DNA of 64,000 nt from Hypanus sabinus (Eukaryota), in assembly GCF_030144855.1 (NCBI RefSeq), contig NC_082712.1, positions 38,564,001 to 38,628,000 on the forward strand. The letters run 5' to 3'. Below are positions 36,691-49,251 of the stretch, piece after piece (position 1 is the first letter of the stretch; the number at the start of each line of letters is the position of its first letter). The translations under genes and the position numbers were made by a program. The notes beneath the pieces are model-generated. The model had not been told where the DNA came from. It did not search any database and was given only the letters and a program-made list of their open reading frames with translations.

Positions 36691-39204
36691 GTAGAGATGT
36701 CTATACATGATTATGTTTCCTCCAACTCCATGTATTCAAATTTGTATGATTTTTTTTAAACAGCAGTAAACTGACATTCATAACTCCTGTCTTTTCCAAA
36801 ATGCTTAACCAGCAACTAAAAGTAAGGAATTTTTACTCCCTGTATGCCATGCACAGAATGTACTCATCTTTTCTGAGATTTTCACAAATGAAATATTGTA
36901 CACATTTGAATTAATTCAGCAACTAACATTCCTTGCTCACGCTATAAATAATATTATCTATGATCTTAAATCCATAAAATGTTAGAAATCGAACATTTTT
37001 ATTTTTCAGAAAAGGAATGGGCAGATCTAAGAGATGTGTGTGACAGAAGCCTGGAGAGACTGAAAGAGCAAGTGCTGGTGATGCCAGATGAGTGAAGATG
37101 ATGAAGGTTGTTCATTAAGATGCTCCAATCACAAACAAGACAAAATCTGCTGATGCTGGAAATCCAAGCAACACACACAAAATGCTGGAGGAATTCAGCA
37201 GGCCAGATGCTGTCTATCGTTTTGAGCATTTCCAACATCTTCTGATTTTATATCAGATTTCCAGCTTTCTTTAGGTAGCTTTACTTCACTGGATGAGAAT
37301 ACATGTTGGCCAAACAATAGTACTGTTTTTCGTTAAATAGCTCTAAAAGATTATTTAAGTATGCATATATCATCAGATCAATATTTAATACCTCCTCAGG
37401 ATAATGGTACATTTGTTGCTGTGCTGCTCACAGTTATGTATTCAGTTCTCATTGAAATTGAGACCAATGTTTGATATTTCTGGAATGAGAATTACGATGT
37501 GAGGCAGAGGATTTCATAGATTTTGTCTATGATCTCATAGAGATATCATTTTCAGGTGCACAATGAGTTGGACTACAGGGAACACATTTTATACATCCGG
37601 AAGGTCCAATACTATGCAAAACAGTTTCCCAATATAATTGGGTCAGATATTAATGATTGAGATGAGGAGATATTTCTTCATTCTAAAAAAAAAGGTGTGA
37701 ATATTTGGGATTCTTTCCCCCAACTGACAGTGGACACTTGGTAATTGAATATATTTAAAACTATTGGGAAACTAGGGGGAAAAATTTGTTAACATTGTTG
37801 GAATTTACATCGGACATAGAATATTAATTATGATCTTATTGAATGTCAGGCAGTCTTCTTCAGAGAACTTTTGTAATGTTGCAAAAGTATTTCCCGACTT
37901 TCCTGAACCTTAACTGTTCAAGTAGTTTAACTTCCTTTCTTGCCCCCTTCCCTCCCCTCTCCACCACACCTAGAATTTACATACAAGTAAGATGCTAGTC
38001 TGAACTGGAAATTGCTTACAACATGTTTACAGAATGCCACCAGTGACAGGCAGTCTGCAGCGGTCAGAGAAGGCTGCTTTATGTACTCAAATCAGATTAG
38101 AGATGGAAGACTGGCCTTTCTTGTTCTTCCTGCTCAGAATAATGTAATTATTTGAAAACTTAAATCTGGTCTTGAGAAAACAGTTCCACTAATTCGATTC
38201 ATAGTTTTCCATTTATGCAAGTAAAAGCTGGCTTTACTTAATCATTGGAGAAACCCGGTGTCTTGTTCCGGGAGAAGGTGTGCACAACTTGTGGGGTTGC
38301 AATTAGTGGTGGTGGGTGTGGAAAACAGCAGCACAGCCACTCTCCTTTAATAATCTTTCCAAAATACATGTGATTATGAACAAGCACACACACATTTACC
38401 CTAAAATGTTAAGGACTTGCACAAGTGCTCCTTCAGTAGCTGGAAAACTTAATTACCCATTAATATGCCCCATTCTACTTTAAATCCAAATTGGGAGAAG
38501 CATGTAACAAAGACATTGTGCAATGAATTGCAATGCAGAGTTGTGTTTAAACTTACTTAGGAGGATGAAGAAATATGTCTTCATTGTGTCAGCTTCTGTT
38601 AAATGAAACTTAAGACTATTGTCTACAATGTTGCAATAGTTAAACATGTGACACAGCTTCATAAGGAAAAATTACCTCACAAAATCTTGTATCTACACTT
38701 TTCACATTAATATATCTCATATACTGTATGCAAGTATTTATTATGTGATTCTTTTTATGTAGTGAAAAACAGGGGATTCTAGATTCTTTGCTTCCAATAT
38801 AAATCTTTTTCTCCAAATTGCTACGGTTCACAATGGCAAATGTTGAATTTTAATTTTTTTAAAGTTTTAAAGTATCCAGGAGATACTAAGTGTTTTACTG
38901 TCCAAATCAAGAAATAGAAAAATAGCTGTTTTCAGTGTACTGTATATAATAATCATAAAAGGGATTCATTGTTTAATCTCGTCATGGTAACTTGATACTT
39001 TGTATGTATAATCAAGTTTTGGGTCATAAAACTGAATCGGTTCTATTTATACACAGTATGCCAGAACTGTAAAGGGATGACCTAATACATATTTTTCTCT
39101 CTGCTAGATTATGTACTGCATTGAACTGCTTCTGCTAAGTTAACTAATTTCATGTCACATGCCAGTAATAATAAACCTGATTCTGATTCTAATAAAAGGT
39201 ACAG

Positions 39205-39470
39205 TACAATACAAATGAGAAAATCTGCAGAAGCTGGAAATCCTGAGTAACACACGGGATCAATGGAAAAGAGTAAACAGTCGATGTTTCAAGCCAAGAC
39301 CCTTCAGGACAGAGAGGGAAGGGGCGAGATGCCCAAATTAAAAGGTGAGGGAGAGGGGAAAGAGCTTGGCTGATAGGTGAAGCCAGCTGAGTGGGAAAGG
39401 GCAAGGACTAGAGAAGAAAGAATCTGATAGAACAGGAGAATGGATAATAGAAGGAAGTAGAGTAATAGTT
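39205..39470 (-). mobile_element. Penelope-like terminal fragment
   Basis: gagaaaatctgcagaagctggaaatc terminus and hammerhead-like motif with a 3-nt core deletion at ~39278-39310. Confidence 0.7.
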
Positions 39471-39674
39471 TATACAGGGTCAGACTTTATCCTGACACAA
39501 ATGCAAATCTAAGCCACACACACTGTAGAGAATTCAGTGTTTACTTGCGATTGAGACACTCACAGATAGAGAGTTACAGACCCATCGACCAGTTTTGGGA
39601 ATTCTTCATGCTTACCAGGCTCGTAGCCATTATCTACTTGTAGTTCTATTTGGAGCCACATGATTCTGTATTTT

Positions 39675-39920
39675 ATTTATTTATTGAGATGCAGTATGGA
39701 GTAGGCCCTTCCGGGCCTTCAAGCCATGCCACCCAGCAACCCTCCATTTAACCCTAGCCTAATCACAGGGCAAGTTATAAACAACAGGTCTTGGAACTGT
39801 GGGAAGAAACCCGCACAGTCACAAAGAGAATGTATAAACTCCTTACAGGCAGCAGCAGAAATCGATCCCAGCTACTGGTACCGTAAAGCGTTGTGCTAAC
39901 CTCTACGCTGGCATGCCGCA
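39675..39920 (-). mobile_element. V-SINE-like element
   Basis: (ttta)n tail, ggcccttccggg, gaaacccgcacagtcaca core, gcgttgtgctaacc head, all in reverse orientation. Confidence 0.7.
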
Positions 39921-40059
39921 CAATTTAGAAGGATGGCAACTAGTCATCTTTGTCCATCTATACAGACCTTTTGTACTTGTTGTAGGAGAATTGTGTTCAA
40001 TGTGTGATCTTGCATTCTGGGCATACAAACATACGATTTGGAAGCAGGAGTAAGCCACC

Positions 40060-40412
40060 CAGTCTCCTGAGCCAAGCCAAGCTCTTCTCCCTCCTGCCGT
40101 CTGGGAAAAGGCTCCGAAGCATTCGGGCTCTTACTACCAGACTCCTCAATCCCCGAAGCCCGGACTGACAGCTTACCCTACTGTCCTGTTTATTATTTAT
40201 TGTAACGTCTGCACTGTTTTTGTGCACTTTATGCAGTCCAGTGTAGGTCTGTAGTATAGCTTTTTCTGGGGGGTTTTTTATTACGTAGTTCAGTCTAGTT
40301 TTTTTGTACTGTGCCATGTAAACCATGGTCCTGAAAAACGTTGTCTCATTTTTACTATGCACTGTACCAGCAGATATAGTCGAAATGACAATAAAAGTTG
40401 ACTTTTCTTGAC
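40060..40412 (+). mobile_element. Rex1/L2-type LINE 3' end
   Basis: LFSLLPSGKRLRSIRALTTRL, followed by aataaaagttgactt tail. Confidence 0.7.
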
Positions 40413-41724
40413 TTATGTTGTTATTTATAATCTTTCAACTCAAGTAAATGAAAATCAGGCGTAAGAATTTTTGGTCTCTCAACATTTATTAAATCCCTGG
40501 ATCATACTTTGTACACCCATTAGTAATTCAGTTCCTGCCCATTATAAATGTCAATAGCCTTAGTACAGACTTCCCTTCCAGCAATTGCACAACTCCCCTC
40601 AAAACTCTGGTTTAAATAGATGTATGGTACCTTTCTAAATAGCACTTTCTATAACTTATTTGGTGATTTTTTTTCCCACAACTGTGCATCTATGAACCAG
40701 CTTTTTATATTTCTCTTCATTACTGGAGTTACATAAATGCAAACTGTATGTAAATGACAACAAGAAATGGCTGGAGCTGACAGGAAGTTTTATGGAATTT
40801 GTAAACAGATGACCTCAATTAACCTAAATTAATGTGGGATTGGAAAACAGTTTGGGGTCAAATAACCAGTTAACCGGTTCAGCATTTGACAGTGACGGAA
40901 ATGATGGAATCAAAGGCAAAGGTACAAAGTTTTACGCTGATGCCTAGCTAGGAGGAAATGCAAATCCTGTAAAACTGCATGAATGTCAAGCAGATTGACA
41001 AAACAAAATGTATATTGCCCCAAAACTGGGTGACAGCACATAAGACTAAATAGAGAATTTAAAAAGCAGGATGGAATGACTGAAAGATTAGTAGGAAAGG
41101 GAAAAAAAATCAGATGTATATTGGGTATTAAAACACAGAATGAAGTGCAGGAAAATTATAACTGGAAGGGTAGTGGCGCGAAGAAATTTTTTTGGAGCCC
41201 TGGGGTGATAATGACTTCACCCCAGGATCCTAAAAGTGATAGGATAGTTAATGTGTTCAGTTTAGATTTATAGAAGTTTCTATTAGATTGTAAAATATAA
41301 AATTTAACCCTATCATTTGAAGAAATCAGGAAATAATAGGGAATGTTGAGATGAACAAAGGTCACACCAATAGATGACTATGCAAATTGTGCTTGTATGC
41401 TTGTTAATTCAAGGCCAACCTCAAAGTCATGATCAACCCATTCACTTAAACATATGGAAGCATATGCCTCACACTTAACACCTTCAAAGCAAAGTTCTCC
41501 AGCAACCTGCCCTGCTGTATTAAACATTCAATAATAAAGGTCCATGATAAAATCATGGAAAATACTGACTTTTTTCTGTTTCTGGAGATTTCTCTCACTA
41601 AAGATACACTTCGCTGAAGAATATTCACCATGTCTAAATGTGTACTAATACTGCATTTGCGAACTACTGCCAAGGAAAAAGGTGCTTGAATATCAAAACC
41701 TGAAACCCAGTACAATACTTATGG

Positions 41725-42135
41725 TCTACCAGGTCTGCCCACTACATCCCGGGTAAAGCCCTTCCAACCATTGAGCACATCTACATGAAGCTTGCTGTAG
41801 AAAAGCAGCAACATTCCCTGCTGCCATCAGACAGAAGGTACAAGTGCATCAGAACTCACATTACCAGGTTCACTAAGTTACTACCCCTCAACCATCAGGC
41901 TCTTGAACAAAAAGGATAACTACATTCCTTTTCCAGTGTTTCCACAACCAATGTTCTCATTTTAGGACTATCTTATTTCATACTCGTTATTTATTACTAT
42001 TTATTTATGTTTGCAACTGCATAGTTTGTTGTTCATTGATCCTGTTTACAGCACTGTTATATAGATTTGCTAAGTACGCCCGCAGGGTTATATGAGGTGA
42101 CATGTATGAACTCTGACAATAAATTTTACTTTGAA
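41725..42135 (+). mobile_element. Rex1/L2-type LINE 3' end
   Basis: GKALPTIEHIY, LLPSDRRYKCIRTHITRF, aataaattttactttga tail. Confidence 0.7.
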
Positions 42136-43649
42136 ATTGTGATTGTGCCCTCCCATATGCTTGTGACACTTGGACTATCTACAGAAGGCCTTTCATGGGA
42201 CTTGACACATAGCACCAATGCTGTCTTTCAAAATCCTCCAAATCCACTGCCAGATAAGTGGCAGTGTGCTTTCCCACTACAAAGACCATAATTACATAAA
42301 GTCAACACCCTTGGCCAAGCCATATCATTCTCACACCTGACACTAGATTCACAAAGCGCATACTCTACTGCTAGTACAGTAGACAGGTTATCAGATGATA
42401 AGGATTTGGATGTTCACCCTGGCTTCAGTTGGGGAAAAATGCCATTTTTCCACCAACCAAGTAGGATTCCTGGCCCCTGAATACTTATTTCAGATGATAT
42501 TGAGAACTTAAGAGTCCATTTAAGGAGCCCAGCATAAATGATGGCTGGTATATGTAACCTCACAAACTACTCATCTGCCTATCCTGTCAGGAATGTCCTC
42601 CACTTCTATACGGGGATCGGCAAAGGAATGGTTTTCATGCAGAGGTTAGCTGGATTCAGGAATGTGTTGCCTGAAGATGTAATGAAGTAGACGTTTTCAC
42701 AACATTTAAGAAGAATCTTGACAAGTACTTGAATCACCAAGGCATAAAAGACTACAGACCAAATGCAAGTAAATGGGATTAGTGTATATACATATGGACA
42801 TGATGGGCAGAAGGGCTCATTTCGGTGTTGTATAACTCTAAAACCATCTGTACTGCCTGTGCAGATTGATGCTCCTTTCCCCATTTTCCAGTTGGGTGTA
42901 CTACACTCCTCAGGAGTTAATATTGAGTTGAACAATTTCAAATAAATCTCGACTGGCAATGGCTACCATTGTTTCATTTAGCCTCTGCATCGTTTTGTTC
43001 TGAGTGCGTTTTTTGAAAAGTATTTGTTACCTGCACAAAATGAATCAGTGTTCCACATCAGATTATTTATTAGACTGTTCTTTCCAGGTCAGTCCTGTTT
43101 CTCAGCTCACTGATGTGGCCTGACCTTTTGAGTGCTCCTTCACTTTTTCTTTCAGACTTCCACCATCTTCAATACTTCAAGTAACCTAGACACCCATTAA
43201 CAATCCAGGCACCCACTTTCAAATACCAGTGTGACAGCTGTATAATTTTAAATAATTAAATAATCTGGATTTTACAACAAGACTAGTCTTAGTAACGCAG
43301 ACCTAAAAATAAAACTGCTGTTAAATTCCCTCCCGGCTCATTAGTGTTCTCCAGGGAAGGAACTCTGCCATTCTGACTTACCTTGTGTGGAATTCATATA
43401 TGTTAATTAAAGAAATAATAAACTACTGTACCAACAAAACAAGGCCTACTTTACTTAGATAGGTAGCATTCAATTTACAGCAGTGCACTGATAATATTAC
43501 TGCATGGTATGCTGTTCTTCAATTATACTCACAGTCATATATACTATAATGTTGGAGGGAAGTTTTCGGGTTCTTTGTGACTCGGGGGAAACTGCAGGGT
43601 TGGAGAGTAGAGACATGGGGGCAATTAATTTAGCTTCATATTTTCCCCT

Positions 43650-44300
43650 CGTTTGGCGGCTGTTCACGACGCTGACCGGCCGGAGACGCGACGCGACGCC
43701 ACGCGACGCCTCGAACCTTGGCCCAGAGCGGGGTTCCACGTCACGAGCAGCCAGCGCCCTGCGCGCGCGCGCGCCCGCGCCCGGCCCACCTCACGGGTGA
43801 TGTCACAAACATGGTGGCGATTTGAGTCCCGGTGCGAGGAGGAACCAGAGCGGCGAGAAAAAGCAGCAGACGCGGCTGCCGTGGCCCGACTCCGCCTGCC
43901 CTCTCTCCCTGCCTTGTCCTCGGTTCGCCTGACCCCCTCTCAATGTCGGACAATCAGAGCTGGAATTCTTCCTCCGAAGAGGATCTGGACACCGAGTCGG
44001 GGCCGCCTGTTGAGCTGTGCGGGGTATTGAGCAAGGTGAGTCCACCGAACTGCCCGAGGACGGGTCGGTGCTCCCGTCCCTCCTCTCCTGTTGCTCGGGA
44101 TCTCCTCACGGCTTCCCCGCTTTTCCAGTGCGCCAGGCAGAAGAAGCAGAGCCAAGACCGGAGCAGTCACTCTGGTGCAGACACTATTCCACCTCTGCTT
44201 AAATCTTCGACTACCTCAAGCTGTCTCCCCGGTAACGGAGAGGTTCTGACTCTGAGCTCCGAGGCCTGTCAGTTGCTCCCAACAACCATGAGCGAAATGG
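43650..44300 (+). promoter_or_regulatory. CERT1: CpG island: CERT1 promoter and first exon
   Basis: Sharp GC/CpG-rich block over the first CERT1 coding exon; (GACGC)n 43685-43709, CCACGTCA 43736-43743, (GC)7 43761-43774, CRE-like TGATGTCA 43798-43805. Confidence 0.85.
43943..44035 (+). CDS. CERT1: CERT1 (COL4A3BP/GPBP, ceramide transfer protein) first coding exon
   Basis: ATG 43943 to AAG|gtgagt; [31 protein letters not shown], matching the vertebrate CERT N-terminus. Confidence 0.97.
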
Positions 44301-44742
44301 GAGTCGCTTGTTGGTAGTGATTTCAAACGGCTGTGTAGTAAACTAAAAGTCACTGATGGTGGGCCGAGTTTCTCTTTGATTTTTGTAAATAAACAACAGG
44401 TAAAACCCGTTAAATTTTGTTTTCAGTAATAGTTACAACTTGGTCTTTTTGACCGCGAATCACAAGTTTGTGTACCCGTGCTGGCTGATGTACTCCTCGC
44501 TTTTAAACTTTCATATGAAGTCGGGTGTGTTCGTGTTCCCGCAACACTGGCAGGAGTGAGTAATGCGCCCATCTCTCCTTGCCGTCTTGAACTAGAGTCC
44601 GAATTGTTTTATTTCGGCATATGTTTTCCCGTGGTTTGAGAGTATTCTAGCCAATCGACGTCGAAGAATGATAAAATTCTTGTGATAAGACATCTTTAAA
44701 TATAAGCCGAATCAAACGTTTTCTTGCATATTATGTTTTCAG

Positions 44743-44877
44743 TGGACCAACTATATCCATGGCTGGCAGGACCGATGGGTGGTTTTAAAAACCAATACCC
44801 TAAGTTACTACAAATCCGAGGATGAAACAGAGTACGGTTGTAGAGGTTCAATCTGTCTGAGCAAGGCTGTCATTACT
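44743..44877 (+). CDS. CERT1: CERT1 second coding exon (PH domain)
   Basis: ttttcag|TGGACC...ATTACT|gtaagt, 135 bp; [45 protein letters not shown]. Confidence 0.98.
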
Positions 44878-47800
44878 GTAAGTTTTTTATGGTTTTATTG
44901 ATGTTAGTGATCTTACACTTTGAGTAATAATTAATACATTTGTTCTATTCACATTTGCCTGGTTAGTTCAGGGTTTAATGTTGTCAATTCAGGTGCATTG
45001 TTGAGTGTTAATCATTGAACCCTCTTAATATATTTAAACACTTCCTTTGTGGCTCTACAATCTGATTGGATTGCCTTCCTTCTTTTCTGTCGTGAGCTGT
45101 ATTGAACTTGAAGAGATGCCCTATTGGCAACTGTAGGCAACCTTTGTCCAAATATTCTGTACTTCAACATTGCACACAGAACGCTTCAGTCCAAATGTCA
45201 AATCAGTGTTTGATCAGTTGTAACTTATTAGTTTTGTTCTTGTTTCCAGTCTTCTTTGTTTCTCATTGTTGAAGTACAATTTATTTAGCCCTAGTCATAA
45301 ACTTAAGGATGTCTGAATGTTTTACTGCCAATTAAATACTTTTGAAATAAGCTTGCTTTGGAATATAAAAAAATCTAAAGTGTTGGAAATGAATTTCTAC
45401 TCCACTATTAATACTAATATATTTAGTCTTGAAATCAAATGATGGATATGGATATTTATGGTTTTTCAGAAGTTGCTGAAAGATTAAGCAAGACCAGTGT
45501 AGTGGATATTAGTTTCTCTCCCTCTCTTTAGGGAATTTCATGCCATTTATTTGGCAGGCCTTGAGTGTAAAGCTGATTAGAATTGCATTCTGGGAGTCAT
45601 TGCTATTTTTTCATTTTAGTATTGCACTGCAGCATGGCTAATGTGAAGTGATTTTAAAATTTGTAATGATCTTTGGACAATTCAAGGCCTACAATAAATA
45701 TTAAATGATCTAATGTAAAATATTAGCAGGCATCTTATTATCTATTCAACAGGGTCACTTGTGTTTACATTAGCTTTTGATGAATACTTGAGGAAAGAGG
45801 TGGCCACAAAGGATCTTTTCTGAATCTGAGTTTGTGCCCTGGTAGATTTGTTCATTGATGAGTGTTTTGAGTATTAAACTGAGTGGGGAAAACAATACCA
45901 CCAGTTGTTTGAATTTGGCATTTGCATACATGTTAAAATGCACTTTTTGCAAGTAGTATCTGTTATAACACGAACATGCAACAAGTTCTACAAATAACCA
46001 CATGATAATCATCAGTTGACAATTTTTAAAGATGTTGGATGTGGGACAAATATTAAAATCTGGTAAAAGCTATTCCTATTAATGGGGTAACTTGTGGCTA
46101 GTGGAGAGGGCAGATATGGTGCTAGATTCAGATCACTCAGGAAGGAGATCACCTATGACAGTACCGAGGAAATTCTGTGCAGGGCACAAATGTCAAACTA
46201 GGTTTTGCTGATTCTGAAAAGTGATTTCAAATAAACACAGGAGATTCTACGGATGCTGGAAATCTGGAGTAACATAAATTCTGGAGAAACTCTTAGCATG
46301 TCAGGCAGCATTTATGGAAACAAATAAAGAGTCAATGTTTCGGGTAGTGACCCTTCATGTCATGATCCTGAGTCCTTCCAGCATTTTGTGTGTTACTAGG
46401 GATTTCAACCAACTGTCTTCTGATGTGGTTTCATTACCCATGACTGATGCATTCTTAGGAGTGCTTGCTATACCAGTCTGCTATGTACCAGGTTACATAG
46501 TTTTCAAATAAAAGGAGTTTCTCCCTCCTATTTATGACATATGAGCATTTGTTGGCACTCAAGTGATTTGTTCATATGATTATATAGCAAGAGAGCTGAA
46601 ATGGTGACTGCATTTCAGTCATGGAGAGACTCGATATGCAGTTGTTTCCTTAAGTGATTATTAGTCAAGGATCTGGAATGACAAAATGTTCTCTCCATTT
46701 TCATCCTTGCCTGAATGCAAATTTATTTATAACTGGTGTACAAGATGACTTAGTGCATCAAAGTATGTCCTAATAGCGATGGGATGTATTAGTTCTGGCT
46801 CAAACTTTGTTCCAATGGATTAAGAGTATGGACTATGTCATTGGTGCATGGTGCATCTGGTTGAATACGTTCCCTGATAAGTCTTTACCATATTTGTTTT
46901 GGAAGGTAGATATGTTTATAAGAATAATTAAAATGACAATAAACATTCGTTATGGCATCACTAATTGTATAAATACAATGGTTGTTAAACAGAATACATT
47001 CCTGAGGTTCTTAATTCCCATTTTAATCTTTTCCTATCATATATTAACAATGAGATAGATGCATGCAGCTTGGGTGCATATTGGAACATTCTAATGAAAT
47101 GCACAATTTACATAAAAGGAATTAGATACCTGATTACTAGGTAAGTGTACTGGAATGATCTATCACCCAGAGTGATTTCAGTCATACCTGATCACTTAGT
47201 CAAATTCACAAGGCTGTCTTTCTTTTTTTTGTTGGCCCTTAACTCCCTTGAGTGCTAAGTTGGGACTTGGTTGAGGCACTAACAAGGAGTACTGTCTTCC
47301 TAATGCCGCTTCCCCCCCCCCCCCCCCCCACGCACCACAATCCTGGCCAAAAGGGTACACAGCGGGGATAAAGTTATGTTGCTGTTAAGAATTTGTATTA
47401 CTTTTTTTAATGTTCAGAGGCATTTTAAAGTATTACAATTGAAGTAAATAAGAAATTATAAATCAAAATGGGGATTCAGTAAATTATCAACTTTAGTTAT
47501 CAAGGGAAATTAAAAGAGTTACCTTTTTATCAGAACATGGAAGGTAGAGACTTCTCTTTGGAATGGTTCTTGTTGGTGCATCCGTCCTGCCCCTCCCCCA
47601 CCACCATTGAACTCTCCACTGAGTTGAGAGGATAAGGGTTAAATCTGAAGCTGGAATATTTTTTTAAGCAGAAAGGCATTAAGGCACAATATTTTGACAG
47701 AAATTGTACAGAAACAGAATCCATACTTTTTGATTGGGAGTTGCATTATTTTTGTGGAGGGGTGTGGTTGGAGATTAAACAAATTATCTGGAATTTGAGG

Positions 47801-48757
47801 CTATATGGTTAGCTCCTTCAGATAAATGATAGTATAGTGGCTCAAATTACCAATAGGAAATGGTGCTTTGACCTGCGTACGATCAGTTATGCTATTGGCT
47901 GAATGGGGAGAAGTTTTCAAAGACACCATTGCACAATATTGTGCTCAAAGTATCTTAGTAGAATTTGCTACAATTGTATAATCCAATCATGTTAAATATA
48001 TCTGACACTGAATATATGAGCTGTTCCTGGTGTGAAAGTCAGATTTAGTGGGATTAAAACTCTAAACTGCTCCAGCATTTAAAGTGTTTTGTACTGTAGT
48101 GTATTTCAAATGTTCTTGAGTATTTCTCAAAGGAGAAATAGTGGTACAGGTAAAGACTTCCTGCCTCAAACATTGATTTCTATCTTGTATGTACGTGTTT
48201 TTTTTTAAAAAACAACCATGACTTTCCCCATTACTGAGTATTCTGTTCTCGCAATCTGGAACTTTCCATTTCCTGCAGTAGGTTTCCTGAGACTTATTAT
48301 CTTGATAAATCATTTAATCATTAAGCTCGTATTGTAGCCACATGGACATAAGTTGTGGAAGCAAGAGCAGGTTGTTAGAATTATTCCTTAATATCTAAAG
48401 TCTATTATTCTGTTTCAATTACGATTGAGCCTCCACAGCACCCTTGAGAGAATTTCAAAGATTTGCCACCTTCAAGTGAAGGAATTTCTGTTTGCCTATG
48501 CTGAATAGCTAAGCCTTTATTTTGAGATTATGACCACTGGCTCCATACACTCTTGATGGGGAAATGTTAAGGGCTTGATAGGGAGAGACATTATTAAAGA
48601 ATCTGTTGCTTTTAATCACAATCATCTCATTTTCCTAAACTAATTAGGCCTGTACTTTTTAAAAATAATATAATTAGGAACAGAAGGAAGCCCCGTACCA
48701 TCTTAAGAAAACATGGTTCAGTGTGTTTCATCTCTCGTTGTGTGTCTCCTTTAGTTC

Positions 48758-49010
48758 GGGTGGTGACACAGTGACATCAGCGCCGGACTCTGGAATGGAG
48801 GTTCCCGGGTTCAAATCCAGTCAGGCCATTCCAGAGTACGCTTTCCATCTATGCTGGGTTGAGTGTTGAGCTCGCAACTCGACCTCATAAAATAAAGAAA
48901 AATACTGAGAAATGTCTGTATGAGTCTTTCATTCTGCACCTTGTAAGGCATGAGAATGCCCAACACTGGCCTCTCAGGCCTGAGGCAATGTCGTTATCAT
49001 CATAGTCATG
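48758..49010 (+). mobile_element. tRNA-derived SINE
   Basis: A-box-like tggtgacacagtga and B-box gggttcaaatcc, then non-tRNA body with (atc)n-like tail. Confidence 0.6.
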
Positions 49011-49251
49011 TGTGTCAGACCTGCCATCCTAGCCTTCTACCTGATGACCCACTGCACTCGTTTATATTTGCCTTTGGTCTGTATTCCAAAAGCAATTTCA
49101 CAAAGAGCCTATATTTTATTTCTTGTTCTTGCAATAAAAGCCAATATGCTGTTTGTCTTCATAATTGCTTGTGTCCTTGAATGTTAATTTTGATAAATGT
49201 ACACATTCACCCAGTTCCTTCTCAATGCTAACAGCGTTCAAATTCTCAGTA

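Noticed and set aside
43823-43825. In-frame TGA read as selenocysteine
   Set aside because: CERT1 is not a known selenoprotein and no SECIS can be assessed (3' UTR is outside the window); a uORF stop is simpler.
43653-44317. Several overlapping 60-160 aa ORFs on both strands
   Set aside because: Expected stop-codon scarcity in a CpG island; only 43943-44035 matches a known protein and ends at a canonical donor.
47312-47329. C18 homopolymer as a functional G-quadruplex element
   Set aside because: Isolated homopolymer like several others in the window; no supporting context.
48758-48830. tRNA gene
   Set aside because: A/B boxes are present but there is no convincing cloverleaf and it continues into a SINE-like body.
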